NCBI GenBank assembly: GCA_964514965.1
Contig: CAZETV010000001.1
Span: 753,063-785,062, forward strand
Reading direction: 5' to 3'
Source: Candidatus Hadarchaeota archaeon
GTDB lineage: Archaea > Hadarchaeota > Hadarchaeia > Hadarchaeales > Hadarchaeaceae
Length of the DNA stretch: 32,000 bases
Below the pieces are notes generated by a model. The model was not told the DNA's origin. It saw only the letters and a program-made list of their open reading frames with translations, and ran no database searches. Below are positions 1-9,600 of the stretch, piece after piece (within the stretch, counting starts at the first letter, position 1; the number at the start of each line of letters is the position of its first letter). A program made the translations under genes and the position numbers.

Positions 1-1144
1 TTCCTGGAATTCCCTCGCGCGTGAAGCTCGCATAATCGCTATAGCCCCCAACATCTTGTGCGTACTCTAGTTGTACATAGAAGTCGAGGTTTTCTGCTAG
101 CTCCTGAGCATAGTTATCCAACCACTCAGTTGTGGCTATCTCCCGTGAGCCCTTGAGGCCGACACGCAGCCCGTTCTCAGGACCGGGAGCGATCACATCA
201 AAAACAACTGCGGCGATGATTTTGTTATCAACATGCTCGCGCACAAATGCCGTACTTCCCAGCAGACCGAGTTCCTCACTTCCAAAGGTTGTAAAAAGTA
301 TGGTACGGGGGAGGTCTTCCATTGAGAGTACCCGAGCCATCTCGAGTACTACTGCGACGCCTGAAGCATCGTCGACCGTGCCGGGGGTCAGAACTGAATC
401 GTGGTGTGCGCCAACAATTATAATCTCCTCGTTCTCGCCTGGCAATTTCGCCACAACGTTGCGAGATGTTGAGCGCTCAATCCTAGCACTCAATCGCAAC
501 TCGACCTCAACTTTATCCTGCTCCAAGAGTTCGATTAAGCGCTGCGCATCCTCCCCAGAGATCCAGAACAAAGGTGCCCCAGGTGGGTCCGACCAAATCT
601 CCGAATAGGGCGGCCAATTCTCAAAATAGGTCAACACTGCTAACGGTGGCAGGCCCACGAGCGTCCGGAGAAAATTATTTCCTTCGACTAGAATGTTTCT
701 CTCTACCAAAATCACGCGCTCGCGCAATTGTTCTAAGTTTTCCGGTTTTTCCGTCACGCGCATAAGTTGTCCGGTGATGATGTTGTCCGTCGATGGGGAG
801 TAAACAGCTGGTATGAAAGTTAAATCAAATTGCTCAGGCGAGGTCACGCGAAGCCAATTTTCCTCGACCACGTAAGAATTTTCTATGGTGAAGTTCTCAA
901 TCCATGCCTCCAAGCCGTAGCTCTGGAACTCGTTCATGATGTAGCTAGCGGCCACGGCCTCAGCTTGAGTGCCAGCGAAGCGCGGGGCAATGCTGGTCAA
1001 GAACTCTATATGCCCGTAAACATTATCCTTAGAGACTTCGAGCTGTTGACTGTAAACTAGGGTTGATGTAAACAACACCCATATTAACACCCCGATTATC
1101 ACCAACTGGCCCACGACGGATTTTCTCGACAAACTCCTCGCCAT
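1..1144 (-). CDS. M28-family zinc metallopeptidase (aminopeptidase-like), partial; C-terminus runs off the left edge
   Basis: Absent from the ORF track because it runs off the window. My minus-strand translation from ATG (1142-1144) reads MARSLSRKSVVGQLVIIGVLIWVLF (N-terminal membrane/signal anchor), then IIVGAHHDSVLTPGTVDDASGVAVVLEMARVL and FTTFGSEELGLLGSTAFV. These are M28 metal-ligand motifs. The start overlaps the upstream stop (TGATG). Confidence 0.8.
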   Translation of the reverse strand, partial: MARSLSRKSVVGQLVIIGVLIWVLFTSTLVYSQQLEVSKDNVYGHIEFLTSIAPRFAGTQAEAVAASYIMNEFQSYGLEAWIENFTIENSYVVEENWLRVTSPEQFDLTFIPAVYSPSTDNIITGQLMRVTEKPENLEQLRERVILVERNILVEGNNFLRTLVGLPPLAVLTYFENWPPYSEIWSDPPGAPLFWISGEDAQRLIELLEQDKVEVELRLSARIERSTSRNVVAKLPGENEEIIIVGAHHDSVLTPGTVDDASGVAVVLEMARVLSMEDLPRTILFTTFGSEELGLLGSTAFVREHVDNKIIAAVVFDVIAPGPENGLRVGLKGSREIATTEWLDNYAQELAENLDFYVQLEYAQDVGGYSDYASFTREGIPG

Positions 1145-2358
1145 CATACTCTCCCTGGCGGTGCGCCTCTAAATGCAATTTTGACCAATATGGGAGTTAT
1201 AAGCGTTGTCACGAGAACAATCATCACAGTTATCGAGAGCAACGCTGAATCAATAATCCCCGCTTCGGTTCCGATCGCGGCTATGACGAGCGCTATTTCC
1301 GCGCGAGGCATCATGCCTATCCCTACTCGAAGCGAATCCCTGCCGCTGAAGCCGCCAATGAATGCACCTATCCCACACCCAATTATCTTGGCAAAAATCG
1401 CTATACCAACCAAAGCCAGTGCTAAGAAGAAAACGCCAGCCAGTGCCCCAAAGTCTGTACGTGTACCCATCTCAACAAAGAAAAATGGGATGAAAAATCC
1501 ATACCCGATCGTAGATATCTTAGCCCTCAAAGACCCAGCCACGGGGGCTTTGCTGATTACCACCCCTGCAATGAATGCACCCGTAATTGCTGCGACACTT
1601 ACTTTCTCTGCAAATGCGCCTATCAAGAAGACTATGGCGAGGGCGATAGATAGGGTCACCTCTTCGACATGTAGTCTGCCCACGAAAGTTAGCACGCGCG
1701 GCAGTGTTTTAAAACCAACATAGATTATCGTCAGGAAGAAAATGATGACCAACGCTAAATTTTCTGCAAGCCCGAGGAAGGTGAGACCTCCGAATGCGAG
1801 GCCCGCCAGTACACTGAGGATGACAATTCCGATGATATCATCAAGAACCGCCGCGCCAAGTATAGTCATGCCGACGCGTGTATGAAGCCTGTGAACGTCC
1901 ATAAGCGTCCTAACCGTGATACCGACACTGGTTGCAACCAGAACGGCCCCCATAAATGCCGCTTGTATGAGAGTCCAGTTGAGCAGAAACGCGACCCCGA
2001 ACCCAAGCAGAAAGGCGGTTACGACCCCAGTTACAGCGACCAATGTTGCAGATTTCTCGGACTTCTTGAACTCATCCACATCTATCGATAGGCCAGCCAG
2101 GAAAAGCAGGAGGATTATTCCAATATCTGCACATACACTCACGAACTCCCCCGCGGGCGAGTTGAGGTCTATGAACAAAGGAACACCAAATAGTTGCTGC
2201 GATATCCAGCCCGCTACAAATGGGCCGATTATAATCCCAGCAATCAATTCACCAAGCACGCCCGGTTGCCTGAACTTCGCCGCAAGCATCCCACCTGCCT
2301 TCGCCACGATGAGAAAGATTGCCAGATATAAAAGTAGAGATGAAATCTCAACCGTCAT
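1144..2358 (-). CDS. Cation:proton antiporter, CPA2 (Kef/NapA-like) family
   Basis: 404-aa polytopic membrane ORF. The N-terminus AKFRQPGVLGELIAGIIIGP is typical of CPA2 Na+(K+)/H+ exchangers. No C-terminal RCK/KTN domain is present. Confidence 0.8.
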   Translation of the reverse strand: MTVEISSLLLYLAIFLIVAKAGGMLAAKFRQPGVLGELIAGIIIGPFVAGWISQQLFGVPLFIDLNSPAGEFVSVCADIGIILLLFLAGLSIDVDEFKKSEKSATLVAVTGVVTAFLLGFGVAFLLNWTLIQAAFMGAVLVATSVGITVRTLMDVHRLHTRVGMTILGAAVLDDIIGIVILSVLAGLAFGGLTFLGLAENLALVIIFFLTIIYVGFKTLPRVLTFVGRLHVEEVTLSIALAIVFLIGAFAEKVSVAAITGAFIAGVVISKAPVAGSLRAKISTIGYGFFIPFFFVEMGTRTDFGALAGVFFLALALVGIAIFAKIIGCGIGAFIGGFSGRDSLRVGIGMMPRAEIALVIAAIGTEAGIIDSALLSITVMIVLVTTLITPILVKIAFRGAPPGRV

Positions 2359-2367
2359 GTTATGCCC

Positions 2368-2853
2368 CTACCTCAGCGTGTGGTATAGCTCGATGATATC
2401 GCGCAAACAGATGAGCCCTACCAAGCGCTCATTCTCGACGACGGGTAAGTGGCGGAGCTTATGTGCCACCATAAGGTTAAGGGCCTCTTGTGCTGTCATG
2501 CTGGGGGCCACTGTAACCGGTCGTCTTGTCATGATTTCACCCACGGTGCTAGCAGAGCGCTTCATCGCCTGTTTTATCATCGCATGCCCAACCGTTACAT
2601 GGCGCAGTGGAACTTGAAGTACATGGAGCACATCGCTCTCGGTTACTATGCCGAGAAGCTTTCGATTTTTGTCGATGACTGGAAAACAGTCTTCGATTTG
2701 TCCTCTGAGGAGCTCTAGGAGGTCCTCTATTGAAGTATCCGGGTCGACCTTTCGGGGCCTTGAATTCATTATTTCTTTAACTTTCTTCTCCATCAGGCTC
2801 TTCGGATGGATTGGCTCTGGGTCTTGATTCAATTTTTGTCTTTCCTCATCCAT
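2368..2853 (-). CDS. CBS-domain pair protein
   Basis: 161 aa with two CBS-like repeats (IMNSRPRKVDPDTSIEDLLELL..FPVID..LLGIVTESDVL and IMTRRPVTVAPSMTAQEALNLM..HLPVVE..LVGLICLRDII). It lies 9 nt upstream of the antiporter on the same strand. Confidence 0.8.
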   Translation of the reverse strand: MDEERQKLNQDPEPIHPKSLMEKKVKEIMNSRPRKVDPDTSIEDLLELLRGQIEDCFPVIDKNRKLLGIVTESDVLHVLQVPLRHVTVGHAMIKQAMKRSASTVGEIMTRRPVTVAPSMTAQEALNLMVAHKLRHLPVVENERLVGLICLRDIIELYHTLR

Positions 2854-3044
2854 ACTAACTCCGTATCAAGCTAGTACACGAGCTTAAAATGTTTTAGCAA
2901 AAGTGTGCGATTTATTATAGCTACAATAAAAAAGCAAAGATGCAAACGAAAATTATATTATTTGCTCGGTTTTCATAATCATGTACGACAACAATCACTT
3001 TTTTACACCCTCGTAAACTCATTAAATAACATGGAGACAGTACT

Positions 3045-4046
3045 ATGGCGCACGCCGACCTGAGAGTAAATCTCGGGAAACTTCGCCTGAGAAATCCAAC
3101 CTTATTGGCGGCGGGCATTTTAGGGCTAACTGGAGCTTCACTTAAACGAGTTTGGAATGCGGGAGCGGGAGCTGTTATCACCAAAAGCGTGAGCCTAGAA
3201 CCTGTTGAAGGATATCCTGGGCCGAGGGTCGTCCAAGTTCGTGGAGGTTTACTGAATGCCATGGGGCTGTCGAGTCCCGGGGTAAAAAACATCCTCGAAG
3301 AGATTAAGATTGCAAAGAATGGTGAGGCAACAGTCATAGGCAGCGTCTTTGGAGAAAATGAAAAGGAATTCTCTGATGTTGCGAAAGAGATGGAAAAAGT
3401 TAACACTGACGCGGTAGAATTGAATCTCTCATGTCCCCATTTTGAGACTCTACTAACCATGGGGCAAGACCCTAAACTCACGAAAAAAATTGTTAAAGGA
3501 GTTAAGAAAAAAATAAAAGTACCTGTTTGGGTAAAACTCCCTGGAAATACACACATTCCTAACCTCATAGAAGTTGCAAAATCAGCTGAAGTTGCAGGAG
3601 CCGATGCCATTACCATAAGCAATACCGTTCCAGCAATAGTGTTAGACCTAGAAGCAGAACGGGCAGTCCTAGGGCACGAAGTTGGGGGACTTTCAGGCCC
3701 GGCAATTAAGCCCATTTCGATGAGACTGGTCTACGAACTTTTTAAAACTGTGAAAATTCCGATAATCGGCTCTGGTGGCATTATAACCCCGGAAGATGCG
3801 ATAGAATTCTTGGTTGCCGGAGCCTCCGCAGTTCAAATTGGAACTGGAATCATGTATCGGGGACTGGAAATCTTTAATGAAATTTGCACAGGGATCCAAT
3901 CATTCATGGAGAAAAAAGGACTTGAAGAGGTCAATGAAATCACGGGGTTGGTACATTCACCCTTCTCTCTTACAAGTTGTGGCAGGCCCCGGCGACCACG
4001 TGCAAAAATATCCACGAATATGTCCCGCCGCGTTCGAGGAATATAA
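3045..4046 (+). CDS. pyrD: Dihydroorotate dehydrogenase, class 1B catalytic subunit
   Basis: NPTLLAAGILG, LNLSCPH (active-site Cys) and IIGSGGI motifs. GGAGA lies 8 nt upstream of the ATG. The ORF carries a roughly 25-aa Arg-rich C-terminal tail beyond the usual end. Confidence 0.9.
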   Translation: MAHADLRVNLGKLRLRNPTLLAAGILGLTGASLKRVWNAGAGAVITKSVSLEPVEGYPGPRVVQVRGGLLNAMGLSSPGVKNILEEIKIAKNGEATVIGSVFGENEKEFSDVAKEMEKVNTDAVELNLSCPHFETLLTMGQDPKLTKKIVKGVKKKIKVPVWVKLPGNTHIPNLIEVAKSAEVAGADAITISNTVPAIVLDLEAERAVLGHEVGGLSGPAIKPISMRLVYELFKTVKIPIIGSGGIITPEDAIEFLVAGASAVQIGTGIMYRGLEIFNEICTGIQSFMEKKGLEEVNEITGLVHSPFSLTSCGRPRRPRAKISTNMSRRVRGI

Positions 4047-4166
4047 AGGCATCTGAACCCGCCCCTGTCAAAAATTCGCTCAACACGGCCCAATGTCGCC
4101 GGCGGCCTTTCGCCACTTACCTCTGCGCATGCTGCTTCTGTCGGAAGTAACTTACTTTTTAGACAA

Positions 4167-4340
4167 TCAATGCTGGAAAAGCTTCAACTTCCGCGCGGAG
4201 ATTTCGAACATCCCGCACTTCGAGCAGTATATCTCAGCCTGATTGCTCTCCAAGTCTATTGATATCGTATGCGCAGGATTACCGCAGTAAGGGCAGCTCA
4301 CTGGCCCGTGAAGCAGTTCTGAAATTCTCCTATCATCCAT
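4167..4340 (-). CDS. Small zinc-ribbon protein (57 aa), function unknown
   Basis: Below the track's size cutoff. My translation is MDDRRISELLHGPVSCPYCGNPAHTISIDLESNQAEIYCSKCGMFEISARKLKLFQH. It has CPxC...CxxC, AGGAGA 5 nt upstream of the ATG, and a TGA stop. Confidence 0.5.
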   Translation of the reverse strand: MDDRRISELLHGPVSCPYCGNPAHTISIDLESNQAEIYCSKCGMFEISARKLKLFQH

Positions 4341-4343
4341 CTT

Positions 4344-4445
4344 TTATCTCCTAATTTTTCTCCCCCTGTACGAGCTTACACAGTCGGATGGGCAATATGA
4401 AAAAATGATTCCTATCGAGTGCATGAGAACTTCGATGATTCCCAT
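4344..4445 (-). CDS. Candidate 33-aa small ORF upstream of the zinc-ribbon ORF
   Basis: My translation is MGIIEVLMHSIGIIFSYCPSDCVSSYRGRKIRR. GGAGG lies 8 nt upstream of the ATG. Its TAA is 3 nt before the zinc-ribbon ATG. I have no homology evidence for it. Confidence 0.25.
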   Translation of the reverse strand: MGIIEVLMHSIGIIFSYCPSDCVSSYRGRKIRR

Positions 4446-4594
4446 TCTCTAACCCTCCAAGCTTCCAATTAAACTTTGAAGAAACGTGCCTTTAATCTAT
4501 GCCCGAAACCGTCAAAAAATATCATTTATTCGACTATAAATAAACTAGGAATTAATAAACCAAGCAGATATGCGTTTCCAAGAATTCCCGCTTT

Positions 4595-5449
4595 TTATTT
4601 GCGAGGATGCCAATCTAGTTCGATTTTCCTTCCACTGGCGTCTCGCGTGAAAATTCCAAATTCGTCTTTTATTTTCCTTAACCTATCCGAAGAAAAGATT
4701 GGGCCATCAACACAAACTCTGTAAGGTCCTATGCAACAGCTACCACACAATCCAACCGAACACTTCATCATTCGCTCTAAAGAGACTTGCAAAGGGATTT
4801 TGTATTCTTCTGAAAGGTCAAATGTTTTTTTCAACATCAGCTCGGGCCCGCACGCGAGTATACAATCAAATTTATTACTTCTCAGTATGTCTTCCAACAC
4901 TTCGGTGGCTAGACCTTTCATTCCTGCCGAGCCATCTTCGGTGCTTATCTTCAGTTCTACATCCAAATTTTCGAGCCTCGATTTGAAAAGGAGTTCATCA
5001 GATGTCTTCGCACCCAGAATCACGGTGACTTCCTTGCCTTCGGACAGGGCCACTTCTGCGCCAAACGCCAATGGAGCCGCACCGTATCCACCCCCAACCA
5101 TCAAAAGTCTTTTTCCAGAGAGGTCGAACCAATTTCCATAAGGTCCCCTAACTCCAATCTTGTCACCTTTCCCTAACTCGTGAAGCCGTGCAGTTGCATC
5201 ACCCACTTTTGCCACAGTCAACCCCAGCTCGCCTTTTTTATCCGCCTTTGACACGCTCATCGGTATCTCATCTTTTTCGATTACCCAAAACATGACAAAC
5301 TGCCCCGGTCGAACTTTTGACGAAATATTCGGGCAATTAACGTGGAAAGTTTTGGTCGTGGGAGTCTCATTCACGACTTTGTTTATCGGCAAAACCTTTG
5401 GCCTATGAACTACTTCGCGGAATAAATCGTCCATAACCATCTTTTCCAA
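4595..5449 (-). CDS. pyrK: Dihydroorotate dehydrogenase electron-transfer subunit (FAD / 2Fe-2S)
   Basis: Ferredoxin-reductase-like fold with the C-terminal cluster CSVGLCGSCCIGPYRVCVDGP. The start is ambiguous: TTG at 5449, or ATG at 5440 or 5434. It overlaps the end of pyrC. Confidence 0.9.
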   Translation of the reverse strand: MEKMVMDDLFREVVHRPKVLPINKVVNETPTTKTFHVNCPNISSKVRPGQFVMFWVIEKDEIPMSVSKADKKGELGLTVAKVGDATARLHELGKGDKIGVRGPYGNWFDLSGKRLLMVGGGYGAAPLAFGAEVALSEGKEVTVILGAKTSDELLFKSRLENLDVELKISTEDGSAGMKGLATEVLEDILRSNKFDCILACGPELMLKKTFDLSEEYKIPLQVSLERMMKCSVGLCGSCCIGPYRVCVDGPIFSSDRLRKIKDEFGIFTRDASGRKIELDWHPRK

Positions 5450-6743
5450 TTACCTCACCATCCTCAAACACCACCTCACCCCGAACGAGAGTCATAAACG
5501 GTTTTCCGATGACCCTATATCCCTCAAAAGGGGTGAATTTGGTTTTTCCATGCAATTCTTCTCCTTTGATTTTCCACTTCTCCTTTTGATTCAAAGCTAC
5601 AAAATCTGCATCGGCCCCTGGTTTGATTATCCCCTTAAGCATTCCGGACTTGCCGCGGAGGCCGAATATTTTTGCTGGCATCGTGCACATTGCCTCAACC
5701 AATCTGAAAATAGAAAGCCTCCTTTTTCGAACTAAGGTGTAAATGAGCGGGAGAGAGGTTTCAACTCCAGCTATGCCCGGTGGTGATTCCCATATGTTCA
5801 TTTTGCCTTTTTTCTTTTCCTTCAGCGCATGGGGCGCATGGTCGCTGACCACAATATCGATCGTTCCACTCCGCAGTGCTCTAAAAATTGCGAGCCTATC
5901 CGCTGGAGATCGAAGTGGGGGCAAAGTTTGTGCGAACGGCCCAAGCTTGCGTAAATGAATTGATGAAAGAAGCAGGTGGTGGGGAGTCGCCTCGCATGTC
6001 ACCTTCCCAGTCCTTTTTGCCTTCGCGATTAAATTTATCGATTCACTCGTTGTTACGTGGCAGAGGTGTAGAGGTGCATCATAGAGTAAGCGTAACAAAC
6101 GGGCTATCTCAGAAATTTCAGCCAGTTTGGGCCGACACCTGATGAATTCCTTAATGCTTTTCCCTTGAGGCTTGAATTTTTTGAGCACGACGGGGTCCTC
6201 GGCATGAGCTGAAATGGTTAAGTTAAGTCCTAAAAAATTGGGAATTTCCGAATCACCTTGAGATTCAGTGTAAACTTTAAACGACGCGGCGCCAGCCTTT
6301 GCGAGTTTGGTCCCTTCATCCAAATCGTCGGGCAAGAGGGCGTGCAAACCAAAATCTACACACGACTTACTTTTTGCTATTTTTATCTTCTCTTTGAATC
6401 TCTTCAACGAGTTGGTCGGAGGAACACAGTTTGGCATGTCACAGACCGTGGTTACCCCTCCAGCGGCTGCGGCTCTCGACCCGCTGGCGAAGTCTTCCTT
6501 CCAAGTTAAACCCGGATCCCTGAAATGAACGTGAGCGTCCACGATGCCCGGAAGAAGCAACGACCCTCTCAAATTTACTTTTTTATCTGCTGGCGGCAGA
6601 CGCTTTCTTTGAACCGCAGCTATTTTACCATTATCAATCGCAACCCCTGCCTCCACAAGTAACCCCCGATATGGAATTTTGACGTTTTCCAAGCAGAGGT
6701 CTACCGCTCCCAACTTCTCCCCCGCTGTAAATGAATCTACCAA
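5403..6743 (-). CDS. pyrC: Dihydroorotase
   Basis: PGIVDAHVHFRDPG metal-binding motif and VSDHAPH. The track start at 6743 is TTG. An internal TTG at 6713, preceded by GGGGGAG, is an equally good start. Confidence 0.9.
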   Translation of the reverse strand: MVDSFTAGEKLGAVDLCLENVKIPYRGLLVEAGVAIDNGKIAAVQRKRLPPADKKVNLRGSLLLPGIVDAHVHFRDPGLTWKEDFASGSRAAAAGGVTTVCDMPNCVPPTNSLKRFKEKIKIAKSKSCVDFGLHALLPDDLDEGTKLAKAGAASFKVYTESQGDSEIPNFLGLNLTISAHAEDPVVLKKFKPQGKSIKEFIRCRPKLAEISEIARLLRLLYDAPLHLCHVTTSESINLIAKAKRTGKVTCEATPHHLLLSSIHLRKLGPFAQTLPPLRSPADRLAIFRALRSGTIDIVVSDHAPHALKEKKKGKMNIWESPPGIAGVETSLPLIYTLVRKRRLSIFRLVEAMCTMPAKIFGLRGKSGMLKGIIKPGADADFVALNQKEKWKIKGEELHGKTKFTPFEGYRVIGKPFMTLVRGEVVFEDGEVIGKDGYGRFIPRSSS

Positions 6744-6804
6744 GCAATATAAGCAATCAGATAGCAGCTAGAATCGAAATTTGCGGCAAAAAAACCTTTG
6801 AACC

Positions 6805-6838
6805 TGAAAGTTTAATATCATAGCTTTTGAAAGTTTAA
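6805..6838. repeat. Direct repeat of the 11-mer TGAAAGTTTAA (6805-6815 and 6828-6838) in the pyrC/pyrB divergent intergenic region
   Basis: Read directly from the sequence, with a 23-nt period. The first copy overlaps the TATA-like TTTAATAT at 6811-6818. Confidence 0.6.
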
Positions 6839-7771
<933 letters not shown>

Positions 7772-7775
7772 CAGG

Positions 7776-8246
7776 ATGGGAGACGTTGAGACAGAGCTGA
7801 GGGTCAGCAAAATAAAAACGGGAACCGTGATAGACCACATCACCTCCGGCAAGGCACTAGCTGTACTCAGAATTCTGAACATTAGCGGGCAGAACAGTGC
7901 AATTATTTCAGTCTTGATGAATGTCCCAAGCAAAATGCACGGCAAGAAAGACGTGATTAAAGTCGAAAACCGAAAACTGACGGAAGAAGAAGTGAACAAG
8001 ATAGCGTTGGCGGCACCAGATGCAACTATCAACATCATTAAAAATTTCGAGGTAACCGAAAAGAAGAGTGTCGAACTCCCGGAATTCATCGAAGGGATAG
8101 TCAAGTGTTCCAATCCCGGTTGCATCACGAACACTTCCGAACCAGCCATCCCTCGGTTCAGGATTGTCAGCAAGACCCCAGTCAACCTCAGATGTGTTTA
8201 CTGCGAGCGGATAACCGGGGAAAAAGAGTTGTTGGCCCAATTTTGA
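7776..8246 (+). CDS. pyrI: Aspartate carbamoyltransferase regulatory chain
   Basis: The in-frame ATG at 7776 gives MGDVETELRVSKIKTGTVIDHI... and the C-terminal Zn domain CSNPGCITN...CVYCE. The track ORF start at 7443 is an upstream extension that overlaps pyrB. Confidence 0.9.
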   Translation: MGDVETELRVSKIKTGTVIDHITSGKALAVLRILNISGQNSAIISVLMNVPSKMHGKKDVIKVENRKLTEEEVNKIALAAPDATINIIKNFEVTEKKSVELPEFIEGIVKCSNPGCITNTSEPAIPRFRIVSKTPVNLRCVYCERITGEKELLAQF

Positions 8247-8258
8247 GGTTTTCATTTG

Positions 8259-8963
8259 ATGGGAAAAGAATTCAAAGAAAGAATGTTGAGAAAATCCGAG
8301 AAGAATGAGTCTAAATTAATCTTAGCGCTCGATACACCGAAGGAGCAAGTGCAAAAAATTTTGGAAGATGTCTCAAGCTACGTCGCCGCGGTCAAAATTG
8401 GGTATCCGTTAGTTTTAGAAGCAGGCATAGAAGTGGTTTCAAAAATCAAAGAAGCGGGTGACCTTCCAATCATAGCAGACTTCAAGATTGCAGATGTCCC
8501 GCACACCAACCAGCGAATCGCGCGCTGCGTCTACGATGCTGGAGCTGACGCTGTTATCGCACACGCATTTGTCGGTCGGGACAGTTTGGATGCCATCATC
8601 AAAGTTGCCGATGAAAAAGGAGACAGGGGCGTCATCGTGGTCCCGAATATGTCTCACCCCGGCGCGAGCATGTTCATTGAAGCTGTTTCGGAGCGCATGG
8701 CTAAATTGGCGGTTGATGTCGGCGCAACTGGTGTCATCGGGCCTGCAACGAGACCAAAGGAAATCACGGCACTGAGATTATGGGTGGGTAAGGATTTGCT
8801 GATTCTGACCCCGGGAGTAGGGGCGCAGGGAGCACAACCTGGAGATGCAATAAAAAGCGGTGCCAATTTCGAAATTGTCGGAAGAGCGATATACACCGCC
8901 AAAAGTCCCGCAAAAATGGCAAAAGCGATGCGCGACCAGATTAACGAAAGCATGGAGGGATGA
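8259..8963 (+). CDS. pyrF: Orotidine-5'-phosphate decarboxylase
   Basis: LILALDT and ADFKIADVPHTN motifs. ATG at 8259 (TTG at 8256 is also possible), with TGAGGT upstream. Confidence 0.9.
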   Translation: MGKEFKERMLRKSEKNESKLILALDTPKEQVQKILEDVSSYVAAVKIGYPLVLEAGIEVVSKIKEAGDLPIIADFKIADVPHTNQRIARCVYDAGADAVIAHAFVGRDSLDAIIKVADEKGDRGVIVVPNMSHPGASMFIEAVSERMAKLAVDVGATGVIGPATRPKEITALRLWVGKDLLILTPGVGAQGAQPGDAIKSGANFEIVGRAIYTAKSPAKMAKAMRDQINESMEG

Positions 8964-8967
8964 GTTT

Positions 8968-9600
8968 TTGGATTCAACCTTTTCAAAAAGCAAAATTGAA
9001 AAATGGCAAAAGGCAGCAGTTCTTCTCCATAAGTTAAATGCAATCCAATTTGGCGAGTTCGTTCTGGCCTCCGGAAAGACTAGCCCTTATTATGTTGACC
9101 TCAGACTCACACCTTCATACCCCGAGGTATTCAACAAACTCGCCAACCTTTGTGTGGATATGGTAAAGCAGGAAATAAACAGGGTAATCTATAAGTTTGC
9201 CGGGGTGCCATATGCAGGTCTTTCTCTGGCCACGCTTGTGAGCTTCAAACTCAAATCTCCATTAATCTTTGTGAGAAAAGAGAAGAAACCCCATGGCCGC
9301 ATGAAGATGGTTGAAGGGTTGCTCGAGCCGGGAGACCACGTCATTTTGATTGATGACCTAGCAACCACTGGAGGAAGCATCTTGGACGCGGCCAACGCAA
9401 TTAGGGCGGAGGGCGGGACGGTCGAACACGCTTTTGTAATCCTCGATCGAGAAGAGGGAGCCAAGAAGATGTTGGAAACCAACAATATTCATCTACATGC
9501 CTGTATGGGGATCAAGGCGGTTGTAAAATATTTACATGACACGGATTTTCTTGATAACAGACAATACTCTTTGGTCATGAAATATTTAGAGCAAAATTAA
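8968..9600 (+). CDS. pyrE: Orotate phosphoribosyltransferase
   Basis: FGEFVLASGKTSPYYVDLR and the PRPP motif VILIDDLATTGGS. The likely start is TTG at 8968, 7 nt after GGAGGGA. The track start at 8860 overlaps pyrF by about 100 nt. Confidence 0.85.
   Translation: MDSTFSKSKIEKWQKAAVLLHKLNAIQFGEFVLASGKTSPYYVDLRLTPSYPEVFNKLANLCVDMVKQEINRVIYKFAGVPYAGLSLATLVSFKLKSPLIFVRKEKKPHGRMKMVEGLLEPGDHVILIDDLATTGGSILDAANAIRAEGGTVEHAFVILDREEGAKKMLETNNIHLHACMGIKAVVKYLHDTDFLDNRQYSLVMKYLEQN

Noticed and set aside
132-3715. Long track ORFs 132..608(+), 574..765(+), 830..1060(+), 1181..1723(+), 1916..2617(+) and 2921..3715(-)
   Set aside because: They lie antisense to, or overlap, the clearly homologous M28 peptidase, antiporter, CBS and pyrD genes. 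Their compositions are low-complexity and Ser/Pro/Arg/Thr-rich, typical of shadow ORFs. The same reasoning applies to 7760..8185(-), 8654..9043(-), 23343..23720(-), 24823..25494(-), 25758..26252(+), 29990..30373(+) and the other short overlapping ORFs in the track.
3985-4107. GC-rich imperfect inverted repeat (GGCCCCGGCGAC at 3985-3996 and GTCGCCGGCGGCC at 4095-4107) as a structured RNA or terminator at the pyrD 3' end
   Set aside because: The arms are about 100 nt apart with a bulge. The first arm lies inside the pyrD ORF. I see no supporting secondary-structure covariation, so this is likely chance in a locally GC-rich stretch.
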